The position numbers and the translations under genes were made by a program. Below the pieces are notes generated by a model. The model had not been told where the DNA came from and searched no databases. It was given only the letters and a program-made list of their open reading frames with translations. From the NCBI GenBank assembly GCA_964016885.1, contig OZ024759.1, positions 30,566,001-30,630,000 on the forward strand: DNA of 64,000 nucleotides. Reading direction: 5' to 3'. Source of the DNA: Eledone cirrhosa. Its lineage: Eukaryota. Positions 1 through 13,054 of this stretch are shown piece by piece (within the stretch, counting starts at the first letter, position 1; every line of letters begins with the position of its first letter).

Positions 1-1178
1 CTGATCATCCTTTCTGTTCACAATCTCTTTCTTTCTCTCTCTCTCTCTCTCTCTGATCACCCTCTCTGGTCTCTCTCTCTCTCTCTCTCTCTTTCTTCTC
101 TATCTATCTATATCTCGCTCTGTTCATCCTCTCTCTCTCTCTCTCTCTATGTCTCTATTTCTCTTCTCCTTTCTTAATTTACATGTCTTGCCCTTGATTA
201 CACATCCTATTATTAAATTTGGGAGTTTTAAATATCTCAACGCTATAAAAATGCCTTAAAATCAAGACTAAACGACGAACGCTCTATCTGAATAATCCGT
301 AATTGTATTCTGTAAGAAATACATCACATATTCGCTGGCCTATGGAGCAGCCATTGAAAGATAATAAACGGAATTTACAAAACCATCTGCGTCTATAGAT
401 ATTTCTACATTCACTTTCATTCCAATGGCTTTTATCTCGACTATTTTTAAATTGACTTAAATTAGAAGCTTTTAGATGTCGGATCCAGGCACAGCAAATC
501 GGTATAGGTTTAAATAAATAGTTTGGCCAAACAACCTTATAGACAATGGAAAAGGTCTCGTCTTGAAATACCAGGCCATTTATAGAAATACAGCATATGT
601 GAAGTAGATGGTGAATATTCTCCATTATAATGTTATTATTCGCATTCAATCAGTAAAGATGATGACTTTACAGAAATGGTAAAACGCAGATTGGATTATA
701 TGAACTAGTTCACTTCTTTATTTATTTTTTTTTTTTCTCCTTCAATATGGATGCATCGTGATAGAATGGGTAAGAAGTCTTCTTCGAAATCTGATAATAT
801 TGCCGAGATTTTCTGCAAGATCGGAACGTCAGCAGCCCCACTGAAGAACGAGCCTTGCGAAATGGGATGACTGTTAAGCGGGTTTCGCTGACAATTGTCC
901 TCGGAAATAATTTTGCAGTTTTATCCTCGGCGCGCAGCCCCAACAACACCGCGCCCTACACCCAGTGTTCATCACTCCCTCCCCTTACCTCTCCTTTTCT
1001 TCTGTGGCCCTAGCTAGAGTCCTTGCTCTCCTCCACCCTTTCCTCTCCGTTATGACTTTTATAGTCCTTTCCTCAACTTTCCCACACAGATCTGCCTTTC
1101 TCCACATATTTCCCCATTTGTAATGTTATTTATACAATTGTAAATCAAATTTATTTGTCGGTTGTTCAATCTCATTAC

Positions 1179-1233
<55 letters not shown>

Positions 1234-1380
1234 ATGTACGTATTGTATATTTAATATACGGGGTGTTTAACAATAACAACACACACACATATGTATATGT
1301 GTGTGTGTGTGTGTTGTGTGTGTTGTTGTTATTGTTATTATTGTGTGCTATTATTATTATTGTGTGTTATTATTATTGTG

Positions 1381-1428
<48 letters not shown>

Positions 1429-1716
1429 CATTGTATCCTCACTACTGCTCTTCACCACCGCCTCCTCCAAATCTATCAGTTTGAAATATTCTAATCACCA
1501 CACCAAAGTAACGGTCATTCCTTGTACTTACCTGTATTTACCTGATTCTGTATATCCTGTGGTTCCTCTTCATTTTGTTTTGACTTTTCAATACTGCAAC
1601 CGTTACCAAAGCAACCAGTTAGTTTCCTTTCAATCTTCTTCGTCAACTTCCATTATCTTATACGTCCACTCCTTGATCTTTCATCACAAATCTAATCTCC
1701 TACTACATTCCACCCG

Positions 1717-1917
1717 TCTTCTTCTTCTTCTTCTTCTTCTTCTTCTTCTTCTTCTTCTTCTTCTTCTTCTTCTTCTTCTTCTTCTTCTTCTTCTTCTTCT
1801 TCTTCTTCTTCTTCTTCTTCTTCTTCTTCTTCTTCTTCTTCTTCTTCTTCTTCTTCTTCTTCGCCCACTTATTCCTGAGAGGGTCGTGGGGGAAGAGTCC
1901 TCAAACACTTCTTCGAG

Positions 1918-1920
<3 letters not shown>
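1717..1920 (-). mobile_element. RTE-clade LINE 3' end with (GAA)n tail
   Basis: Minus strand GAAGTGTTTGAGGACTCTTCCCCCACGACCCTCTCAGGAATAAGTGGGCG then (AAG)n 1717-1862; same terminus as 13470-13520, 22950-22992 and 41097-41140. Confidence 0.8.
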
Positions 1921-1957
<37 letters not shown>

Positions 1958-2306
1958 GTCTAAAGTGTGTATATACAGCACAGGGCTACCACTAACATCA
2001 ACACCAGAACTACAATCACAACCACTCCATCAAGATTTGGAGTCTGAAGGAATAATATTAATGAACTCTGTCATAAAGGAGATATGATATAATTGAAAAG
2101 AAACAACAGCGTAGCATAACAGCACACAAAAATTGACACAAATCATTAAACAATAATCATATAACGAGGTAATAATTAAATAATGAGATATAAATAGAAT
2201 TATGTGAGATAGAAAAAAATATACAATAGATTTAAATTATATTGCACAACAATATATAAAGTGCATTGCAAAAATAATCTATAAAAATACTGTATTGATT
2301 AGCGAA

Positions 2307-2361
<55 letters not shown>

Positions 2362-2364
<3 letters not shown>

Positions 2365-2555
2365 GGAACAAATAAGACCCCGACGGCTGAGCTCAAGCCG
2401 TTTCGACGGCTAATTCTGTACAGAATTAGCCGTCGAAACGGCTTGAGCTCAGCCGTCGGGGTCTTATTTGTTCCTATTACCCACTCTACTACCCTAAGTA
2501 TTGAGTACTTTGGTGCGTTATGGTCCACCTGGTTCCTTACCACATTTCCTTCGTT
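2362..2555 (+). mobile_element. Hairpin+tail element family A (PLE pLTR-like), perfect 116-bp palindrome plus 78-bp tail, in (TA)n
   Basis: 2362-2477 is a perfect palindrome centred on CTGT|ACAG; right arm has GAA-ACGGC-(TTGAGCTCA)-GCCGT-C, the 3' half of a hammerhead (stem III plus GUC); tail 2478-2555 is conserved in other copies. Confidence 0.85.
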
Positions 2556-2684
2556 ATATATATATATATATATATATGTGTGTATGTGTTTGTATGTATG
2601 CATATATATCTGCATATGTATATATATGTATGTATTTATATATGCATATATATATGCATATATGTATATATAGATGTGTATGTG

Positions 2685-2739
<55 letters not shown>

Positions 2740-2750
2740 GTGTGTGTTTG

Positions 2751-2835
2751 TATTGGGTCATCAAGTATGAAATTTGTAGAAATCTGTTTGTTTTTTTCTA
2801 GAAATTTCTAGAAATTTCATACTTGACGACCCAAT
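2751..2835. repeat. Short inverted repeat (~33-bp arms) between microsatellites
   Basis: TATTGGGTCATCAAGTATGAAATT...AATTTCATACTTGACGACCCAATA. Confidence 0.7.
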
Positions 2836-3095
2836 ATATATATTTATATATCTATCTATATGTAATCATATGGAGCGCTTGCCAGCATGACTCGTAATCG
2901 CGTTGCGTTTCGCTTATTTCTACCCGCCGAAATACGATTCTCGCTGAATTTATATTGAAATACTAGAGTGTGTTGGAGTTAAACACCCTCTTCGTATTAT
3001 AGAAATGACAGTAAAGGTATACCTCAATGTAATTAAACAGAGCCGAAGAATTATGAAAATAAACCAAACAAGCCTTCAATACATCAAAAGTCTTT

Positions 3096-3141
3096 ATTAG
3101 CCAACAATGTTTCGTCCTATTAAGGACTCATCAGGGCAATT
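3096..3141 (-). ncRNA. Minimal type I hammerhead ribozyme
   Basis: Minus strand ATTGCC-CTGATGA-GTCC-TTAATA-GGAC-GAA-ACATTGT-T-GGCTAAT, followed by AATAAA. Confidence 0.8.
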
Positions 3142-3400
3142 AAAGCTATAAGAAGCACTATTATTTTCATATTTTCATAATATATATACTTATATACTTT
3201 ATATATATATATAGATATATATATAAACGGAGAACATTGTTTAAAGGTAGAAATGTATTTACTATACATATTATATTAGAAAGAACTTAAGAAATTTCGT
3301 AAAAATTACGTAAAAATTAAATTATTATAGTGTACGCAATGATACGTGGAGAAAAATATGATAAACGTTATAAATAGAACGAATTATAATAATGATGATG

Positions 3401-3437
<37 letters not shown>

Positions 3438-3440
3438 TAA

Positions 3441-3750
3441 TTGAGAACTAAAACAATACCAGTGGTTGTAGGCGCTCTGGGAATGATACCTAAGGGGTCT
3501 AATGATTACTTATCGCAAATCCCAGCCAACCCGGGTATAGGAGAAATACAAAAGATAGTACTAATGGGAACTGCCCATATACTAAGGAAAATGATGTCAA
3601 TATAAGTACATCACAAGTCTAAACACTAAAGATGCATGTGTGAGTATGTATGTTCTTTCTTGAACATGGCGGACCTTGTTGTCTCTTGAGGTCACTGGTT
3701 GTGACTTGGTGATAACTCGTATGAACATAAAGCAAGATAAATGCAACTGT
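3441..3750 (+). mobile_element. R4/Dong-like LINE 3' end fragment in (TAA)n
   Basis: Translates LRTKTIPVVVGALGMIPKG...EIQKIVLMGTAHILRKMMSI*, the RLE C-terminus; flanked by (TAA)n at 3386-3440 and 3751-3766. Confidence 0.8.
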
Positions 3751-3766
3751 AATAATAATAATAATA

Positions 3767-4616
3767 AAGGAGAAAGTGCAACCTTCATGAAAAATCCCTT
3801 CATAGTACCTTCTTTGAGAAAACTGAATTTAGAGATCCACAAACATGGAACTGGTTGAAAAGAGGAGACCTTAAAAAGGCTACAGAAGGAATGCTAATGA
3901 CTGCGCATGAGCAGGCCCTCAAAACGAAGTGGCTGAAACACCATATTTACAAGGAGGAGGCTAGCCCACTGTGTTGGATCTGTGGAGTGAGAGAGGAGAC
4001 TGTGGCTCATATTGTATCCGAGTGTAAACACCTAGCCCAGACTCACTAAAAAGGCTGGAAACATGATGTGATGGGCAGGGTGATCCACTGGCACCTATGT
4101 AAAGTAAACAATTTACCACATTCTGAGAAGTGGTATGAGCATAAGCCAGAGTCGCTGATAGAACACGATCAGGTGAAGGTGCTGTGGGATTTTAGGATAC
4201 AGACGGACAAGAAACTGGAACACAATAGACCTGACCTGGTGGTTTTGGACAAGGAAAAAAGATCGTGCCTGATTGTGGATGTAGCCTGCCCATTCGACAC
4301 GAGAGTGCAAGAGAAGGAGAAAATTAACCGATACCAGGACTTAAAGTGGGAGGTAAAAAGGATTTGGAACTGCCATGAAGTCAAGGTGGTCCCGATTGTC
4401 ATAGGCGCACTAGGTACTATCTCAAAGAGTTTCCAAGGATGGTTAAAGAGAATGGTCCAGCCCCGCTTTTTGGGACACTTCAAAAGGCATGCTTGCTGGA
4501 AACAGCAAGAACCTTCCGATACGTCCTGAATATCTGAGGCTGCAGGTAGGGGCTTGATATTCATTTCAACAAACTTTCCAGTTAAATAACATCCATGACT
4601 GAGACTCAAAGAACAA
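3767..4616 (+). mobile_element. R4/Dong-like non-LTR retrotransposon, 5'-truncated and disrupted (CCHC knuckle plus restriction-like endonuclease)
   Basis: ORFs 3855-4049 and 4068-4529: CWICGVREETVAHIVSEC zinc knuckle, KHD, LWDFRIQTD, NRPDLVV..IVDVACP..KINRY, PIVIGALG; in-frame stop 4047-4049; flanked by (TAA)n. Confidence 0.92.
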
Positions 4617-4790
4617 TAATAATAATAATGATAATGATATTTTTTATCATCCTCCTTCTCCCCCCCCTCCTCTTCATCATCATTATCTTCATCATCATCA
4701 TTATCATCATCATCTTTATTATTATTGTTGGCCCAAACTGTTGGCCTTGTGGCTAAATCAGAAACCATTATTCTTGTCAGGGTGATGCAG

Positions 4791-4980
4791 GGCGGTGGAG
4801 TGGCATTATCGGTAGAGAATCGGACGATATGCTTTGCAGCATAGAGTTACGGCCCTTTATGGTCTGATTTCAAAACCCGCCGAGGTTAACTTTGCCTTTC
4901 ATCCTTACGGGGTCGATAAAATAAAGTACCAGTAATGCACTGGTTAATTGCTGGCCTTGTGCCTAAAGTAGAAACAATTA
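4791..4980 (+). mobile_element. tRNA-derived SINE (family S1)
   Basis: A/B-box-like head, central GCCTTTCATCCTTACGGGGTCGATAAAATAAAGTACCAG, tail GGCCTTGTGCCTAAAGTAGAAAC; at least 6 copies in window. Confidence 0.85.
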
Positions 4981-5450
4981 TTCTATTATTATAGTTGCTG
5001 TTGTTCCGAACTTACGAAGGAGCTCGGCAATAATTGTTTTGAAAATACATATTGAAAGCACTTTTTAAAAATTTCTATTGTATTATAAATATATTTTTGA
5101 CTTATACATTTAAAAAAAAACTTAGAACGATATTTCGTAAGAAAAATTTTCTTTCAGAATTAGTTTCTTATCTTTTACGTTTCTTCATATATTTATATTT
5201 ATATTTATATTTATTTACTGAGAAGTATTTCAGAATGAAAAATAATCGAAATTTAATGAAATATTTGATAATATGATATACAATATTAACATACGTTTCA
5301 ATAGCTTTTTTAAAGCATTTATTTTGTTATTCTGGCAGTTTGGAGTTAATTCTATAAAGGAAGTGTGTCTATAGATAGATATATGCATATATATTTATAT
5401 ATATATATGTGTGTGTGTGTGTGTATGTGTGTATATGCAATGGGAAATAT

Positions 5451-5483
<33 letters not shown>

Positions 5484-5504
5484 TACATATATATATATAT
5501 ATAA

Positions 5505-5537
5505 TAGGAACCAGTAAGACCCCGACAGCTGAGCTGA
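5505..5537 (+). mobile_element. Family A left-arm fragment
   Basis: ATAGGAACCAGTAAGACCCCGACAGCTGAGCT next to (TA)n. Confidence 0.65.
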
Positions 5538-5706
5538 ATGTATGTACACTATATAAACATGTGTAGTGAGTGTGTGTGTGTGTGAATATGTGAGACTGCG
5601 TGTGTGATGGTGTCTGAGTGTATATTTACTTTCATTTTCTGTATAAATGCAAATGTAAGCATATGCACTCACATATCTAATTTTTTATAAGTATGTATTT
5701 GCATGT

Positions 5707-5786
<80 letters not shown>

Positions 5787-5817
5787 ATGTATATATATAT
5801 ATATATATATTAAATAC

Positions 5818-5876
<59 letters not shown>

Positions 5877-6389
5877 CATATATGGGTGCGTGTATTAAGT
5901 TGGAATCATCTCTTCAAAATTACATGGATTTCTAATAACGTTATTATCCATACCATCAACAAGTACATACCTATATATATATATATATTTAAATATATAT
6001 ATATGTGTGTGTGTTTGTGTTTGTGTTTGTGTGTGTCTTCGTACGTATATATATACATGCCTTACTCAAATCTACAAATGTATATATGGCGAATGATAAG
6101 AATGAGCATATACATGTATGTATACTATCCATGTTCATAGTTATCTCTTTTTACAAGCTCTGTGTAATATCACACGAATTACATTATATACTGTCGTGTA
6201 TATATAATATACCCCTTGGTGAAATCTATTATATTTTCTAGTTATGCAATTTATATAACTTCATATAAATACACAGTATTTGATTGAATTTTACACAATA
6301 TTATATTGAAACATAGACACGTCTTTGAAATACTGAAATGCAAACAGGAATTCTCTTCTTGCTGAAGTAGAAGTACACCCATATATATG

Positions 6390-6452
<63 letters not shown>

Positions 6453-6555
6453 TTGTATCTATATTTATATAGATAGCTAAATAGATATATTCATATACAT
6501 ATATACTTGCATGAACTTGCACACACTCATATATTCATATACATACATTTATATA

Positions 6556-6641
<86 letters not shown>

Positions 6642-6745
6642 TGTGTGTTTATATATAAATACGCATGCCTATAAGTCACTCTCTCACTCTATATATATAT
6701 ATGTAAATATATATATATATTATATATATACAGCGAGATTTGGCT

Positions 6746-6850
<105 letters not shown>

Positions 6851-6870
6851 TATATATATCAATACATATA

Positions 6871-6905
<35 letters not shown>

Positions 6906-6944
6906 GCACACACGCATATATATGTGTGTGTGTGAGGTTTGGCT

Positions 6945-7017
<73 letters not shown>

Positions 7018-7046
7018 TATATATATATAAATACATATATATATAA

Positions 7047-7126
<80 letters not shown>

Positions 7127-7466
7127 GTACACACGCATATATATGTGTGTGTGTGTGTGAGTGTCCTTGTGTGTATGTATGCCAGTATGTATATATAATG
7201 ATGGTGAGTAAACCCATGTTACAATAGGCAGGTAAAATTTGCGGAAATGCAATTTTTAAATTGAAAGCATGCGTTTTCCTAACAACGTCTATTGCTTTAC
7301 TTAGTGTAAGAGTCTCTAGGGCGCAGAATAACAGCATAATGGGTCATTCCAGTTAACTACGTGCAGAAGTAGAAACCTATTTAGGATTTTAGACATCTAA
7401 TTTATTTTATAATCTATATAGATATATATATAATGGATATATATGTATAATGGGTATATATGTATA

Positions 7467-7532
<66 letters not shown>

Positions 7533-7560
7533 GTATATATATGTATGTATGTATATATAT

Positions 7561-7632
<72 letters not shown>

Positions 7633-7685
7633 GTATATATATATATTTATGTATATATATATATTTATGTATATATATATATATT

Positions 7686-7724
<39 letters not shown>

Positions 7725-7737
7725 GTATATATATATA

Positions 7738-7810
<73 letters not shown>

Positions 7811-7813
<3 letters not shown>

Positions 7814-7952
7814 GAAGGAAATGTGCTAAGGAACCAGATGGACCATAACGCACCAAAGTACTCAATACTTAGGGTAGTAGAGTGGCTAATAGGAACGAGT
7901 AGGACCCCGACGAAACGGCTTGAGCTCAGACGTCGGGGTCCTACTCGTTCCT

Positions 7953-7953
<1 letters not shown>
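7811..7953 (-). mobile_element. Family A hairpin+tail element, shortened hairpin
   Basis: Reverse-complement tail 7811-7887, hairpin ATAGGAACGAGTAGGACCCCGACG...CGTCGGGGTCCTACTCGTTCCTAT, flanked by (TA)n. Confidence 0.85.
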
Positions 7954-7980
<27 letters not shown>

Positions 7981-7984
<4 letters not shown>

Positions 7985-8540
7985 TGTTATACTTTGCGAG
8001 GGTCATGTTGCCAATAAGAACACACGCACCAGTTGCTTTCACTTCAATTTATTATAATAAATTTATAAATTTCCGGTTGGTTGGTTGGTTGGTTCCACAA
8101 CCAGATGGTTGTTTATATATTGTGAAAGTTCTTTCGTCACACATTCTGTGACCTCTTCAGTGACTGCGGGTTCTTTTCTTTGTTCTTTTGTGCCTCTCCT
8201 TTGTTCTGTCCTACGCCATGAAGATGGCGTAGGACAGAACAAAGGAGAGGCACAAAAAAACAACAACAAAAAACAAAGAAAAGAACCCCAGTCACTGGAG
8301 AGGTCACAGAATGTGTGACGAAAGAACTTTGACAATATATAAACAACCATCTGGTTGTGGAACCAACCAACCAACCGGAAATTTATAAATTCCTAATTTT
8401 ATAAATTTATTATAATAAATTGAAGTGAAAGAACTGGTGCGTGTGTTCTTATTGGCAACATGACCCTCCCAAAGTATAACAATATGGGTTTCAACACACG
8501 TTTTCAGATAAAGAATCTTGCTAAACAAATTCAGAAACGA
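7981..8540 (+). mobile_element. Hairpin+tail element family B, ~505-bp palindrome with hammerhead in both arms
   Basis: Arms 7981-8219 and 8224-8485, loop GAAG; hammerhead 8290-8334 (+, core mutated to CTGGAGA) and mirror near 8123-8166 (-, CTGAAGA); tail 8486-8540. Confidence 0.9.
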
Positions 8541-8543
8541 TAT

Positions 8544-8584
<41 letters not shown>

Positions 8585-8635
8585 CCTATGTGTAGTTTTG
8601 GAGATACATTTTGTCATGACAATATTAACTGATGT

Positions 8636-8675
<40 letters not shown>

Positions 8676-8753
8676 GTGTATGTTTGTGTGTGTATATACA
8701 TATCTTTATATATACATACACACACACACATATATATCGATTCATACCTTATA

Positions 8754-8833
<80 letters not shown>

Positions 8834-9091
8834 AGATTGAGAGAAAGAGACAAATAGAATCAGATATACTAAGTGAATTATGTAAATCTCAAATAATTTA
8901 TATGAAAATAAAAGTGCTTTATATACCCGAGGGTGGAGGTGGTGGTAGCAAACGCTTGTGATTCAAATAGCTGTATGTATGTTTACAAAGGAAATTGAAA
9001 TTTAACTACGTTTTGTATACTCAATATACGTTAAACGATCAATACGAGACATATAAAATATATATGTATATATATATATATATATATTTAT

Positions 9092-9350
9092 TCAGGTTTG
9101 AGGTTCACCACTGTATAGAGCTGGTCTATTCCGTAGGGTCAATCTCAATGCAATAATATAGAGAGTACTCAACGTAAGGCAGTTCAACCGTCTTTGTTTT
9201 TGTAGTTGGTGGTGCTATTACGCAGTTAAATATTATAATGAAATGACAGGAGGCTGGATTTGTGTAAATCCTTGACAGGTTTATTATACTATGATCATTT
9301 CAATGACCGGGTTCCGTATGAATCCGGTGATATCATCAGGTATTCGAAAT
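9092..9350 (-). mobile_element. Hammerhead-bearing element family D in (TA)n
   Basis: Homologous to 23913-24030; minus strand carries a hammerhead, then AATAAA, then a tail containing TTGAGTACT. Confidence 0.75.
9286..9343 (-). ncRNA. Type I hammerhead ribozyme with long stem II
   Basis: Minus strand ATAC-CTGATGA-tatc-ACCGGATTC-ATAC-GGAACCCGGT-catt-GAA-ATGATCAT-A-GTAT; stem I ATAC/GTAT, palindromic stem III, AUA cleavage triplet. Confidence 0.75.
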
Positions 9351-9351
9351 A

Positions 9352-9396
<45 letters not shown>

Positions 9397-9531
9397 CGTT
9401 TCTGAATTTGTTTGACTCTCCAAAAGTATTGAAATACCAATGATAGTTGGAGGATCACCGATGAAGGACTAACTTTATTCATATATATATATATATATGC
9501 CTATATCTATCTATTTATTTATATATATATA

Positions 9532-9611
<80 letters not shown>

Positions 9612-9623
9612 ATATTACGTATG

Positions 9624-9669
<46 letters not shown>

Positions 9670-9775
9670 CACAAATACATACATATATCGTATTGAACGT
9701 TTAACGAATATCGAGTGTACATAACCTACTTAAATTTATATATATATACATTTTAATATACAGTATATATATATA

Positions 9776-9869
<94 letters not shown>

Positions 9870-10480
9870 GTTGAAATATTTATGGAATTGAATTGCATTC
9901 TACCGCGTCTAGCTTAGGGCTATTTGCCTCGCAAAGCTAAGCTTGAACGATATTCCTGGCCAGGAATATAAATATATTATAAATATTTAATAAAATATAA
10001 CTCGATGCACTTTGCGTACATATAAGAAGAATATATTTGAATTTATAGATATTTCAAATTAATGCTTACAGGTGTATATCTAATATTAGTTTGTTTACTG
10101 GCTTAGAAATGATGGGGTAGCGGAGATGAAAGGTTAACATGTAAGTCATAAACTTTCTGGCTCTCACTCGCTCATTCACATACTCTCTCCCTCTCTCTCC
10201 CTCTTTATGTATATATCTTTCTATCTATCTATATGTCTATCCATCTCTCCCTCTCTCTCACTCACTCATTCACAGACACACTCATTCTCACACACACTCT
10301 TTCTCTCTCTCACCCTCTCCCTCTCTCTCACTTACTCCTTCACAGACACTCATTCCGACACACACTCGTTCTCTCTCTCCCTCTCACTCACTCACAGCCA
10401 TATTCTTTTTTTTTCTCTCTCCCCCTCACTCACTCACTCATTCACAGACACATTCATTTTTTCAACACACACTTTCTCCC

Positions 10481-10531
<51 letters not shown>

Positions 10532-11136
10532 CTCTCTACCGCCCCTCTCTCTCTCCTTCTTACAGACTCTCATCACATCTTTCTACCCCTCACCCCCACA
10601 TAGTAATTCCCTCACTATCACTCTCACTCCCCCGTTCCTTCTCACACATACCCCTCTCTCTCACACACAACCTCTCTCTCTCTCTCCCAGTCTCCAACTC
10701 CTCCCTTTCACAACCATCGCATCTCATTTTTTTTTTATTTTTGTTCCTTATTTCTCATATCATTCCTTCTACTTCAATAAGTCCGCCATCTTAACGCAGG
10801 GTATTATTCTGAGTATTTTGACTGGAAGGTTACTTCAAGAACTAAGACATTGGTAAGATCGAACGAGAAGACCCCGAAACAAAATTGCTGCAACAATAGA
10901 TGCTTGTTAGTGTCTTTTATACATACATTAGGTTTGGGGTGGCGAAGGCGAAGTAGTTTCAATTCTTCTTTCACCAACAGTACACAATACATGCATACAC
11001 TATGTATGTATGTATGTCTGTATGTATGTCTGTATGTATGTATGTATATATGTATGTATATATGTATATATGTATGTATATATGTTTGTATGTAAGCATG
11101 TTTGTATGTTTGTATGTATGTATGCATGCCTGTATA

Positions 11137-11180
<44 letters not shown>

Positions 11181-11183
11181 TTG

Positions 11184-11272
<89 letters not shown>

Positions 11273-11439
11273 ATATATGTTGGCATACAAACACGCATAT
11301 GAATATATGTATATGTATATATATGTATATATATATATAAATATATATATACATATATATGTATACCCATATGCATATATATGTACATGCATTTATACAT
11401 AAATATATATATATACATATAAGTGTGTATATATATATT

Positions 11440-11765
11440 TAAAGATTAAACAAGGTTCAATGAATAAATCAAAGAATTAGTTTTACAATAGATTGGAAGC
11501 ACTCAACTGTATTTGGTTTTCCGGAGTTATAATATTAATTCTAAATATTAACAAAAATAGATCTTCTTGTGATCAAGTATATTTTATTATACATATTTCA
11601 GAGGTACTGAGCTAACTTCAACAATACGTCCTCATCAGATAAAATAAGATGATGCATGACATACCTTGACATAGTAGATGGTTAAGATCCATGACCTCTG
11701 AAATATGTATAATAAAATATACTTGATCACAAGAAGATCTATTTTTGTTAATATTTTGAATTAAT
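11440..11765 (-). mobile_element. Hairpin+tail element family E (~73-bp arms, ~88-bp spacer) with degenerate hammerhead
   Basis: 11533-11605 inverted to 11694-11765; minus strand CTGATGAGG...CCTCTGAAATATGTA at 11590-11638; tail to the left contains TTGAGTGCT on minus strand. Confidence 0.7.
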
Positions 11766-12004
11766 ATATATATATATATACACACACACATACATACACA
11801 CACATATATATATACATACACACACACATATATATATATATATATATGTGTGTATGTGTATGTATGTATGTATGTATGCATCTATTTTTAAATACGTACA
11901 TAGAAATATGCTTGTAGGGCCAACATAGTGATACATACAAAACCACCCGACACAAATACACAGACACACACACACATTCACACACATACGCATACATACC
12001 CACC

Positions 12005-12143
<139 letters not shown>

Positions 12144-12395
12144 ACACACACACATATATATATACAAACACACACACTCAGACAAATAGCGAAATATGAG
12201 AAAACCGACAGCTTGAAATATTAAAAATAAAAATCCCATAAAAACAAAGTAAACGTTGTTAAAATCCTTTGTTTTACAGTCTTAAAAGGGAGGCTTTATT
12301 TGGGAAACACTGTTTACTTTAAAACCCTTAACTAAATATTAATAAACTCTATGGAAAACTGAGCTATAAAATTAATATTTAACGAAACTAAGATG

Positions 12396-12590
12396 TGTTG
12401 TATGGAATGTATGAATATCTCCTTAAATTCCCTAAAATATTTTGTTTGAAATACTACTGTATCTCCCTAAAACCCTTAAAATATGTTGTATGTAATATAT
12501 CAGTATCTCCCTAAATTCCCTAAAATATTTTCTCTGAAATACTACTGTATCCCCCTAAACCCCTAAAATATGTTGTATGAAATACCCCTA
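12396..12590 (+). repeat. Minisatellite, ~88-bp period made of two ~44-bp subunits
   Basis: TGTTGTATG at 12396, 12484 and 12571; recurring CCCTAAAATAT. Confidence 0.75.
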
Positions 12591-13054
12591 ATATATATAT
12601 ATATACACACACATATATATATATATTTATATATATATATGCAGTATATAGAGGTATATATAACATGTAATATTGAATTTAATTACTGTAAAGATAATAA
12701 CAATAAATTGTTAAAGAAAAGAATAATTTGTCAATCCTGCGAATGTAGAATGATATCCTCTTCCGTAGGTACGATTTAGGTTTGTTTTTACGTTGCAAAA
12801 GAAGGAACCCAGGTCCCGAAAGAGTCGATTTTTAAAAGCAAACAAATTTAATTTTTCTTCGTGTGACTGTTCGTATATGTGGAAGTTCGTATGTAGGATG
12901 TTCGTAAAACGGTGACTTACTGTAAACAGGAGAGTAATATATAATATTGGCGTAGGGAATAAGAACAAGCAATAAATATTTAAATATATTCTATGGTCAT
13001 GAATGTTGTGTAGTGATCGAAAGAATATGATCACGAATACATGGGGTGTCTCCA

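Noticed and set aside
4791-4880. SINE heads as genuine tRNA genes
   Set aside because: No cloverleaf; they continue into SINE body and tail.
7981-8540. Reading the palindromes as classic MITEs or pre-miRNAs
   Set aside because: One-sided constant tail, variable centre and hammerhead cores do not fit symmetric TIR elements; multi-copy and too long for miRNA hairpins.
12396-12590. CCCTAA motifs as interstitial telomere
   Set aside because: Isolated motifs within a 44/88-bp minisatellite, not tandem TTAGGG.
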